A stretch of DNA of 64,000 nucleotides from Eledone cirrhosa. Taxonomy: Eukaryota. A program made the position numbers and the translations under genes. Below the pieces are notes generated by a model. It did no database searches, was not told where the DNA came from, and worked only from the letters and a program-made list of their open reading frames with translations. Position 1 is the stretch's first letter; each line of letters starts with the position of its first letter. Shown here one piece after another: positions 53,601 through 64,000 of this stretch. The stretch lies in NCBI GenBank assembly GCA_964016885.1, contig OZ024741.1, forward strand, positions 247,690,001-247,754,000, given 5' to 3'.

Positions 53601-56600
53601 TTATCTCCCCTTGGACGGCTGGAAATTATCTCCCCTTGGACGGCTGGAAATTATCTCTCCTTGGACGGCTAGAATTTACCTCTCCTTGGACGGCTGAAAA
53701 TTATCTCCCCTTGGACGGCTGGAAATTATCTCCCCTTGATTTTTTTTACAAATTATCTCCCCCTGATTTTTTTTTACAAATTATCTCCCCCTGATTTTTT
53801 TACAAATTATCTCCCCTTGGCTGGCTGGAAATTATCTCCCCTTGGAGGCTGGAACTTATCTCCCCTTGGACGGCTAGAAATTACCTCTCCTTGGACGGCT
53901 GGAAAATATGTCTCCTTGGACGGCTGGATATTATCTCCCCTTGGACGGCTGGAAATTATCTCCCCTTGGACGGCTGGAAATTATCTCCCCTTGGATGGCT
54001 AGATATTACCTCCCCTTGGACGGCTGGAAATTATCTCCCCTTGATTTTTTTTACAAATTATCTCCCCCTGATTTTTTTTACAAATTATCTCCCCCTGATT
54101 TTTTTTTACAAATTATCTCCCCCTGATTTTTGTTTACAAATTATCTCCGCCTGATTTTTTTAAATATTATCTCTCCTTGGCTGGCGGGAAATTATCTCCC
54201 CTTGGACGGCTGGAAATTATCTCCCCTTGGAAGGATGGAAATTATCTCCCCTTGGACGGCTGGAAATTATCTACCCCTGATTTTTTTTACAAATTATCTC
54301 CCCCTGATTTTTTTTACAAATTATCTCCCCCTGATTTTTTTTACAAATTATCTACCCCTGATTTTTTTTACAAATTATCTCCCCCTGATTTTTTTTACAA
54401 ATTATCTCCCCCTGATTTTTTTTTTACAAATTATCTCCCCCTGATTTTTTTACAAATTATCTCCCCCTGATTTTTTTTACAAATTATCTCCGCCTGATTT
54501 TTTTAAATATTATCTTCCCTTGGCTGGCTGGAAATTATCTCCCCTTGGACGGCTAGAAATTACCTCTCCTTGGACGGCTGGAAATTATCTCCCCTTGGAC
54601 GGCTGGAAATTATCTCCCCTTGGACGGATAGATATTACCTCCCCTTGGACGGCTGGAAATTATCTCCCCTTGATTTTTTTACAAATTATCTCCCCCTGAT
54701 TTATTTTACAAATCTCCCAATGATTTTTAAAAAAAAATTATCTCCCCTTCGCTGGCTGGAAATTATCTCCCCTTGGACGCTGGAAATTATCTCCCCTTGG
54801 ACGGCTGAAAATTATCTCCCCTTGGACGGCTGGAAATTATCTCCCCTTGATTTTTTTTACAAATTATCTCCCCCTGATTTTTTTTTACAAATTATCTCCG
54901 CCTGATTTTTTTTACAAATTATCTCCCCCTGATTTTTTTTTACAAATTATCTCCCCCTGATTTTTTTACAAATTATCTCCCCCTGATTTTTTTTACAAAT
55001 TATCTCCGCCTGATTTTTTAAAATATTATCTTCCCTTGGCTGGCGGGAAATTATCTCCCCTTGGACGGCTGGAAATTATCTGCCCTTGATTTTCTTTTTA
55101 CAAATTATCTTCCACTGATTTTTTTTACAAATTATCTCCACCTGATTTTTTAAAAAATTATCTCCCCTTGGACGGCTGGAAATTATCTCCCCTTGGACGG
55201 CTGGAAATTATCTCCCCTTGGACGGCTGGAAATTATCTCTCCTTGGACGGCTAGAATTTACCTCTCCTTGGACGGCTGAAAATTATCTCCCCTTGGACGG
55301 CTGGAAATTATCTCCCCTTGATTTTTTTTACAAATTATCTCCCCCTGATTTTTTTTTACAAATTATCTCCCCCTGATTTTTTTTTACAAATTATCACCCC
55401 CTGATTTTTTTTTACAAATTATCTCCCCCTGATTTTTTTTACAAATTATCTCCCCCTGATTTTTTTACAAATTATCTCCCCTTGGCTGGCTGGAAATTAT
55501 CTCCCCTTGGAGGCTGGAACTTATCTCCCCTTGGACGGCTAGAAATTACCTCTCCTTGGACGGCTGGAAAATATGTCTCCTTGGACGGCTGGATATTATC
55601 TCCCCTTGGACGGCTGGAAATTATCTCCCCTTGGACGGCTGGAAATTATCTCCCCTTGGATGGCTAGATATTACCTCCCCTTGGACGGCTGGAAATTATC
55701 TCCCCTTGATTTTTTTACAAATTATCTCCCCCTGATTTTTTTTTACAAATTATCTCCCCCTGATTTTTTTTTACAAATTATCTCCCCCTGATTTTTGTTT
55801 ACAAATTATCTCCGCCTGATTTTTTTTTTAAAATTATCTCCCCTTGGACGGCTGGAAATTATCTCCCCTTGGACGGCTAGAAATTACCTCTCCTTGGACG
55901 GCTGAAAATTATCTCCCCTTGGACGGCTGGAAATTATCTCCCCTTGATTTTTTACAAATTATCTCCCCCTGATTTTTTTTTTACAAATTATCTCCCCCTG
56001 ATTTTTTTTTACAAATTATCTACCCCTGATTTTTTTTTACAAATTATCTCCCCCTGATTTTTTTTACAAATTATCTACCCCTGATTTTTTTTACAAATTA
56101 TCTCCCCCTGATTTTTTTTACAAATTATCTCCCCCTGATTTTTTTTTTACAAATTATCTCCCCCTGATTTTTTTACAAATTATCTCCCCTTGATTTTTTT
56201 TTACAACTTATCTGCGCCTGATTTTTTTTAAAAAATTATCTCCCCTTGGACGGCTGGAAATTATCTCCCCTTGGACGGCTGGAAATTATCTCTCCTTGGA
56301 CGGCTAGAATTTACCTCTCCTTGGACGGCTGAAAATTATCTCCCCTTGGACGGCTGGGAATTATCTCCCCTTGATTTTTTTTACAAATTATCTCCCCCTG
56401 ATTTTTTTTTACAAATTATCTCCCCCTGATTTTTTTTTACAAATTATCTCCCCCTGATTTTTTTTTACAAATTATCTCCCCCTGATTTTTTTACAAATTA
56501 TCTCCCCTTGGCTGGCTGGAAATTATCTCCCCTTGGAGCCTGGAACTTATGTCCCCTTGGACGGCTAGAAATTACCTCTCCTTGGACGGCTGGAAATTAT

Positions 56601-59600
56601 CTCCCCTTGGACGGCTGGAAATTATCTCCCCTTGGATGGCTAGATATTACCTCCCCTTGGACGGCTGGAAATTATCTCCCCTTGATTTTTTTTACAAATT
56701 ATCTCCCCCTGATTTTTTTTTACAAATTATCTCCCCCTGATTTTTTTTTACAAATTATCTCCCCCTGATTTTTGTTTACAAATTATCTCCGCCTATTTTT
56801 TTTTTTAAATTATCTCCCCTTGGACGGCTGGAAATTATCTCCCCTTGGACGGCTAGAAATTACCTCTCCTTGGACGGCTGAAAATTATCTCCCCTTGGAC
56901 GGCTGGAAATTATCTCCCCTTGATTTTTTTACAAATTATCTCCCCCTGATTTTTTTTTTACAAATTATCTCCCCCTGATTTTTTTTTTACAAATTATCTC
57001 CCCCTGATTTTTTTACAAATTATCTCCCCCTAATTTTTTTTACAAATTATCTCCGCCTGATTTTTTTAAATATTATCTCTCCTTGGCTGGCGGGAAATTA
57101 TCTCACCTTGGACGGCTGGAAATTATCTCCCCTTGGAAGAATGGAAATTATCTCCCCTTGGACGGCTGGAAATTATCTACCCCTGATTTTTTTTACAAAT
57201 TATCTCCCCCTGATTTTTTTTACAAATTATCTCCCCCTGATTTTTTTTTACAAATTATCTACCCCTGATTTTTTTTACAAATTATCTCCCCCTGATTTTT
57301 TTTACAAATTATCTCCCCCTGATTTTTTTTTACAAATTATCTACCCCTGATTTTTTTTACAAATTATCTCCCCCTGATTTTTTTTTACAAATTATCTCCC
57401 CCTGATTTTTTTACAAATTATCTCCCCCTGATTTTTTTTACAATCTCCGCCTGATTTTTTTAAAAATTATCTTCTCTTGGCTGGCTGGAAATTATCTCCC
57501 CTTGGACACTGGAAATTATAGCCACTTGGAGGGCTGGAAATTATCTTCCCTTGGACGGCTGGAAATTATCTCCCCTTGATTTTTTTTACAAATTATCTCC
57601 GCCTGATTTTTTTACAAATTATCTCCCCCTGATTTTTTTTACAAATTATCTCCGCCTGATTTTTTTAAATATTATCTTCCCTTGGCTGGCGGGAAATTAT
57701 CTCCCCTTGGACGGCTGGAAATTATCTACCCTTGATTTTCTTTTTACAAATTATCTTCCACTGATTTTTTTTACAAATTATCTCCACCTGATTTTTTAAA
57801 AAATTATCTCCCCTTGGAAGGCTGGAAATTATCTCCCCTTGGCTGGAAATTATCTCCCCTTGGACGGCTAGAAATTATCTCTCTTTGGACGGCTGGAAAT
57901 TATCACCCCTTGAGCTTTTTACAAATTATCTCCCCCTCATTTTTTTTACAAATCTCCCTGTGATTTTTTAAAAAAAATTATCTCCCCTTCGCTGGCTGGA
58001 AATTATCTCCCCTTGGACGCTGGAAATTATAGCCCCTTGGAGGGCTGGAAATTATCTTCCCTTGGACGGCTGGAAATTATCTCCCCTTGATTTTTTTTAC
58101 AAATTATCTCCCCCTGATTTTTTTTTACAAATTATCTCCCCCTGATTTTTTTTACAACTTATCTGCGCCTGATTTTTTTTTAAAAATTATCTCCCCTTGG
58201 ACGGCTGGAAATTATCTCCCCTTGGACGGCTGGAAATTATCTCTCCTTGGACGGCTAGAATTTACCTCTCCTTGGACGGCTGAAAATTATCTCCCCTTGG
58301 ACGGCTGGAAATTATCTCCCCTTGGCTGGCTGGAAATTATCTCCCCTTGGAGGCTGGAACTTATCTCCCCTTGGACGGCTAGAAATTACCTCTCCTTGGA
58401 CGGCTGGAAAATATGTCTCCTTGGACGGCTGGATATTATCTCCCCTTGGACGGCTGGAAATTATCTCCCCTTGGACGGCTGAAAATTATCTCCCCTTGAT
58501 TTTTTTTACAAATTATCTCCCCCTGATTTTTTTTTACAAATTATCTCCCCCTGATTTTTGTTTACAAATTATCTCCGCCTGATTTTTTAAAAAAATTATC
58601 TCCCCTTGGACGGCTGGAAATTATCTCCCCTTGGACGGATAGAAATTACCTCTCCTTGGACGGCTGAAAATTATCTCCCCTTTGACGGCTGGAAATTATC
58701 TCCCCTTGATTTTTTTACAAATTATCTCCCCCTGATTTTTTTTTTACAAATTATCTCCCCCTGATTTTTTTTTACAAATTATCTACCCCTGATTTTTTTT
58801 TACAAATTATCTCCCCCTGATTTTTTTTACAAATTATCTCCCCCTGATTTTTTTTTACAAATTATCTCCCCCTGATTTTTTTACAAATTATCTCCCCCTG
58901 ATTTTTTTTACAAATTATCTCCGCCTGATTTTTTTAAATATTATCTCTCCTTGGCTGGCGGGAAATTATCTCCCCTTGGACGGCTGGAAATTATCTCCCC
59001 TTGGAAGGATGGAAATTATCTCCCCTTGGACGGCTGGAAATTATCTACCCCTGATTTTTTTTACAAATTATCTCCCCCTGATTTTTTTTACAAATTATCT
59101 CCCCCTGATTTTTTTTACAAATTATCTACCCCTGATTTTTTTTACAAATTATCTCCCCCTGATTTTTTTTACAAATTATCTCCCCCTGATTTTTTTTTTA
59201 CAAATTATCTCACCCTGATTTTTTTACAAATTATCTCCCCCTGATTTTTTTTACAAATTATCTCCGCCTGATTTTTTTAAATATTATCTTCCCTTGGCTG
59301 GCTGGAAATTATCTCCCCTTGAAGGGCTGAAAATTATCTCCCCTTGGACGGCTGGAAATTATCTCCCCTTGATTTTTTTTACAAATTATCTCCCCCTGAT
59401 TTTTTTTTACAAATTATCTCCCCCTGATTTTTTTTACAAATTATCTCCCCCTGATTTTTTTTTACAAATTATCTGCCGCTGATTTTTTTTACAAATTATC
59501 TCCCCCTGATTTTTTTACAAATTATCTCCCCTTGGCTGGCTGGAAATTACCTCCCCTTGGAGGCTGGAATTTATCTCCCCTTGGACGGCTAGAAATTACC

Positions 59601-60420
59601 TCTCCTTGGACGGCTGGAAAATATGTCTCCTTGGACGGCTGGATATTATCTCCCCTTGGACGGCTGGAAATTATCTCCCCTTGGACGGCTGGAAATTATC
59701 TCCCCTTGGACGGATAGATATTACATCCCCTTGGACGGCTGGAAATTATCTCCCCTTGGACGGCTGGAAATTATCTCCCCATGGACGGCTGGAAATTATC
59801 TCCCCTTGGACGGCTAGAAATTATCTCTCCTTGGACGGCTGAAAATTATCTCCCCTTGGACGGCTGGAAATTATCTCCCGTTGGACGGCTGGAAATTATC
59901 TCGCCTTGGACGGCTAGAATTTACCTCTCCTTGGACGGCTGAAAATTATCTCCCCTTGGACGGCTGGAAATTATCTCCCCTTGATTTTTTTTACAAATTA
60001 TCTCCCCCTGATTTTTTTTTACAAATTATCTCCCCCTGATTTTTTTTTACAAATTATCTCCCCCTGATTTTTTTTTACAAATTATCTCCCCCTGATTTTT
60101 TTTACAAATTATCTCCCCCCTGATTTTTTAACAAATTATCTCCCCTTGGCTGGCTGGAAATTATCTCCCCTTGGAGGCTGGAACTTATCTCCCCTTGGAC
60201 GGCTAGAAATTACCTCTCCTTGGACGGCTGGAAAATATGTCTCCTTGGACGGCTGGATATTATCTCCCCTTGGACGGCTGGAAATTATCTCCCCTTGGAC
60301 GGCTGGAAATTATCTCCCCTTGGATGGCTAGATATTACCTCCCCTTGGACGGCTGGAAATTATCTCCCTTTGATTTTTTTTACAAATTATCTCCCCCTGA
60401 TTTTTTTTTACAAATTATCT
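50620..60420 (+). repeat. Large dispersed copy of ~21400-32660 (offset ~29.0-29.6 kb, then 27757 after an internal deletion)
   Basis: Offsets: 22086/51294, 22669/51878 and 23338/52547 (29208-29209); 25299/54570; 26919/56508; 27544/57083; 30565/58322, 31194/58951 and 32389/60146 (27757). Private markers CCTGGAGAT, CTGCCAATG and GGAAGAATGG are shared. Confidence 0.88.
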
Positions 60421-61570
60421 CCCCCTGATTTTTTTTTACAAATTATCTCCCCCTGATTTTTGTTTACAAATTATCTCCGCCTGATTTTTTTTTAAAAATT
60501 ATCTCCCCTTGGACGGCTGGAAATTATCTCCCCTTGGACGGCTAGAAATTACCTCTCCTTGGACGGCTGAAAATTATCTCCCCTTGGACGGCTGGAAATT
60601 ATCTCCCCTTGATTTTTTTACAAATTATCTCCCCCTGATTTTTTTTTTACAAATTATCTCCCCCTGATTTTTTTTTACAAATTATCTACCCCTGATTTTT
60701 TTTTACAAATTATCTCCCCCTGATTTTTTTTACAAATTATCTCCCCCTGATTTTTTTTTACAAATTATCTCCCCCTGATTTTTTTACAAATTATCTCCCC
60801 CTGATTTTTTTTACAAAATATCTCCGCCTGATTTTTTTAAATATTATCTCTCCTTGGCTGGCGGGAAATTATCTCCCCTTGGACGGCTGGAAATTATCTC
60901 CCCTTGGAAGGATGGAAATTATCTCACCTTGGACGGCTAGAAATTATCTCTCTTTGGACGGCTGGAAATTATCACCCCTTGAGTTTTTTACAAATTATCT
61001 CCCCCTGATTTTTTTTACAAATCTCCCAGTGATTTTTTAAAAAAAATTATCTCCCCTTCGCTGGCTGGAAATTATCTCCCCTTGGACGCTGGAAATTATA
61101 GCACCTTGGAGGGCTGGAAATTATCTTCCCTTGGACGGCTGGAAATTATCTCCCCTTGATTTTTTTTACAAATTATCTCCCCCTGATTTTTTTTTACAAA
61201 TTATCTCCCCCTGATTTTTTTTTACAACTTATCTGCGCCTGATTTTTTTAAAAAAATTAACTCCCCTTGGACGGCTGGAAATTATCTCCCCTTGGACGGC
61301 TGGAAATTATCTCTCCTTGGACGGCTAGAATTTACCTCTCCTTGGACGGCTGAAAATTATCTCCCCTTGGACGGCTGGAAATTATCTCCCCTTGATTTTT
61401 TTTACAAATTATCTCCCCCTGATTTTTTTTTACAAATTATCTCCCCCTGATTTTTTTTACAAATTATCTCCCCCTGATTTTTTTTTACAAATTATCTCCC
61501 CCTGATTTTTTTTACAAATTATCTCCCCCTGATTTTCTTACAAATTATCTCCCCTTGGCTGGCTGGAAAT
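60130..61570 (+). repeat. Dispersed copy of ~180-1620 (offset 59952)
   Basis: 194/60146 and 1603/61555 share the same offset. Shared variants CCCTTTGA, ATAGCACC and TTTTCTTAC. Confidence 0.85.
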
Positions 61571-61869
61571 TATCTCCCCTTGGAGGCTGGAACTTATGTC
61601 CCCTTGGACGGCTAGAAATTACCTCTCCTTGGACGGCTGGATGATATGTCTCCTTGGACGGCTGGATATTATCTCCCCTTGGACGGCTGGAAATTATCTC
61701 CCCTTGGACGGCTGGAAATTATCTCCCATTGGATGGCTAGATATTACCTCCCCTTGGACGGCTGGAAATTATCTCCCCTTGATTTTTTTTACAAATTATC
61801 TCCCCCTGATTTTTTTTACAAATTATCTCCCCCTGATTTTTTTTTACAAATTATCTCCGCCTGATTTTT

Positions 61870-64000
61870 TTTTAAATATTATCTTCCCTTGGCTGGCTGG
61901 AAATTATCTCCCCTTGGACGGCTAGAAATTACCTCTCCTTGGACGGCTGGAAATTATCTCCCCTTGGACGGCTGGAAATTATCTCCCCTTGGACGGATAG
62001 ATATTACCTCCCCTTGGACGGCTGGAAATTATCTCCCCTTGATTTTTTTACAAATTATCTCCCCCTGATTTATTTTACAAATCTCCCAATGATTTTTAAA
62101 AAAAAATTATCTCCCCTTCGCTGGCTGGAAATTATCTCCCCTTGGACGCTGGAAATTATCTCCCCTTGGACGGCTGAAAATTATCTCCCCTTGGACGGCT
62201 GGAAATTATCTCCCCTTGATTTTTTTTACAAATTATCTCCCCCTGATTTTTTTTTACAAATTATCTCCGCCTGATTTTTTTTACAAATTATCTCCCCCTG
62301 ATTTTTTTTTACAAATTATCTCCCCCTGATTTTTTTACAAATTATCTCCCCCTGATTTTTTTTACAAATTATCTCCGCCTGATTTTTTAAAATATTATCT
62401 TCCCTTGGCTGGCGGGAAATTATCTCCCCTTGGACGGCTGGAAATTATCTGCCCTTGATTTTCTTTTTACAAATTATCTTCCACTGATTTTTTTTACAAA
62501 TTATCTCCACCTGATTTTTTAAAAAATTATCTCCCCTTGGACGGCTGGAAATTATCTCCCCTTGGAAGGCTGGAAATTATCTCTCCTTGGACGGCTAGAA
62601 TTTACCTCTCCTTGGACGGCTGAAAATTATCTCCCCTTGGACGGCTGGAAATTATCTCCCCTTGATTTTTTTTACAAATTATCTCCCCCTGATTTTTTTT
62701 TACAAATTATCTCCCCCTGATTTTTTTTTACAAATTATCACCCCCTGATTTTTTTTTACAAATTATCTCCCCCTGATTTTTTTTACAAATTATCTCCCCC
62801 TGATTTTTTTACAAATTATCTCCCCTTGGCTGGCTGGAAATTATCTCCCCTTGGAGGCTGGAACTTATCTCCCCTTGGACGGCTAGAAATTACCTCTCCT
62901 TGGACGGCTGGAAAATATGTCTCCTTGGACGGCTGGATATTATCTCCCCTTGGACGGCTGGAAATTATCTCCCCTTGGACGGCTGGAAATTATCTCCCCT
63001 TGGATGGCTAGATATTACCTCCCCTTGGACGGCTGGAAATTATCTCCCCTTGATTTTTTTACAAATTATCTCCCCCTGATTTTTTTTTACAAATTATCTC
63101 CCCCTGATTTTTTTTTACAAATTATCTCCCCCTGATTTTTGTTTACAAATTATCTCCGCCTGATTTTTTTTTTAAAATTATCTCCCCTTGGACGGCTGGA
63201 AATTATCTCCCCTTGGACGGCTAGAAATTACCTCTCCTTGGACGGCTGAAAATTATCTCCCCTTGGACGGCTGGAAATTATCTCCCCTTGATTTTTTTAC
63301 AAATTATCTCCCCCTGATTTTTTTTTTACAAATTATCTCCCCCTGATTTTTTTTTACAAATTATCTACCCCTGATTTTTTTTTACAAATTATCTACCCCT
63401 GATTTTTTTTACAAATTATCTCCCCCTGATTTTTTTTACAAATTATCTCCCCCTGATTTTTTCTTTACAAATTATCTCCCCCTGATTTTTTTACAAATTA
63501 TCTCCCCTTGATTTTTTTTACAACTTATCTGCGCCTGATTTTTTTTAAAAAATTATCTCCCCTTGGACGGCTGGAAATTATCTCCCCTTGGACGGCTGGA
63601 AATTATCTCTCCTTGGACGGCTAGAATTTACCTCTCCTTGGACGGCTGAAAATTATCTCCCCTTGGACGGCTGGGAATTATCTCCCCTTGATTTTTTTTA
63701 CAAATTATCTCCCCCTGATTTTTTTTTACAAATTATCTCCCCCTGATTTTTTTTTACAAATTATCTCCCCCTGATTTTTTTTTACAAATTATCTCCCCCT
63801 GATTTTTTTACAAATTATCTCCCCTTGGCTGGCTGGAAATTATCTCCCCTTGGAGCCTGGAACTTATGTCCCCTTGGACGGCTAGAAATTACCTCTCCTT
63901 GGACGGCTGGATATTATCTCCCCTTGGACGGCTGGAAATTATCTCCCCTTGGACGGCTGGAAATTATCTCCCCTTGGATGGCTAGATATTACCTCCCCTT
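61870..64000 (+). repeat. Copy of ~54500-56650 (offset ~7.3-7.4 kb) and of ~25230-27100
   Basis: Offsets: 54570/61939 (7369), 55482/62826 (7344), 25299/61939 and 26186/62826 (36640). Shared variants ATCACCCCCTG, GGCTGGGAATT and GGAGCCTGG. Confidence 0.85.

Larger units (their letters stand above)
1..64000 (+). repeat. Complex two-monomer tandem satellite array (25-bp A and 26-29-bp B monomers, shared core AAATTATCTCCCCYTG), extending past both window edges
   Basis: The core AAATTATCTCCCC (or a 1-4 nt variant of it) recurs about every 21-30 bp from the first to the last base, always in the same orientation. No non-repeat stretch was seen. Confidence 0.99.

Noticed and set aside
194-63135. Hundreds of 61-154 aa plus-strand ORFs (LSPLGRLEIISPWTAGNYLPLDGWK, YKLSPPDFF, TNYLPLIFF repeats)
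   Set aside because: They are translations of the repeat. They overlap in all three frames, mostly start at TTG within the core, shift frame with each T-run length change, and show no domain or codon-position constraint.
1-64000. Complete absence of minus-strand ORFs
   Set aside because: This is trivially explained. The reverse complement of the core (GGGGAGATAATTT) and of the B tail (GTAAAA) contain TAA, which cycles through all frames.
1-64000. CRISPR-like repeat/spacer appearance (constant core plus variable insert)
   Set aside because: The inserts are only 9-13 nt and belong to just two recurring classes instead of being unique. The core is 16 nt and non-palindromic, and there is no leader or cas gene.
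1-64000. Telomerase-made long repeat (budding-yeast-type 23-25 bp units) or alternating synthesis from two templates
   Set aside because: It does not match telomere repeats I know. Rare variants are inherited in multi-kb collinear blocks, which points to recombinational copying and not de novo templated addition. A subtelomeric location cannot be excluded.
1-64000. G-quadruplex / i-motif potential from C4-C5 runs
   Set aside because: The runs are separated by about 21-24 nt, far longer than typical stable loops. Plus-strand G runs are mostly only GG.
1-64000. Purely artefactual sequence (concatemer, rolling-circle or polymerase stutter product)
   Set aside because: The hierarchical, heritable variants and a diverged layer indicate evolutionary history. 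The exact copy number of the large duplications still needs read-level validation.

Overview
The whole 64 kb window is one uninterrupted, head-to-tail tandem repeat array (complex satellite/minisatellite DNA). I found no credible gene, RNA gene, transposon or CRISPR array, and no unique flanking sequence, so the host and chromosomal position cannot be determined. The array is built from two short monomers sharing a 16-nt core, AAATTATCTCCCCYTG. Type A (25 bp, 13/25 GC) is AAATTATCTCCCCTTG-GACGGCTGG. Type B (usually 26-29 bp, about 30% GC) is AAATTATCTCCCCCTG-A(T)7-10AC. About 2,400-2,500 monomers (64,000/~26) form alternating A and B blocks. These blocks are reusable variant-marked cassettes nested in higher-order duplications with offsets of about 1.66, 7, 9.83, 25.5 and 28-29.5 kb. 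A more diverged island lies at about 44.3-47.4 kb. All listed ORFs are translations of the repeat. The most notable observations are the two-monomer block architecture with junction-specific variants, T-run length patterns preserved across 58 kb, sliding T/A boundaries of constant total length, and in-register deletions that create chimeric monomers. Duplication boundaries were estimated by eye from ORF-track offsets and diagnostic variants, so they are approximate.
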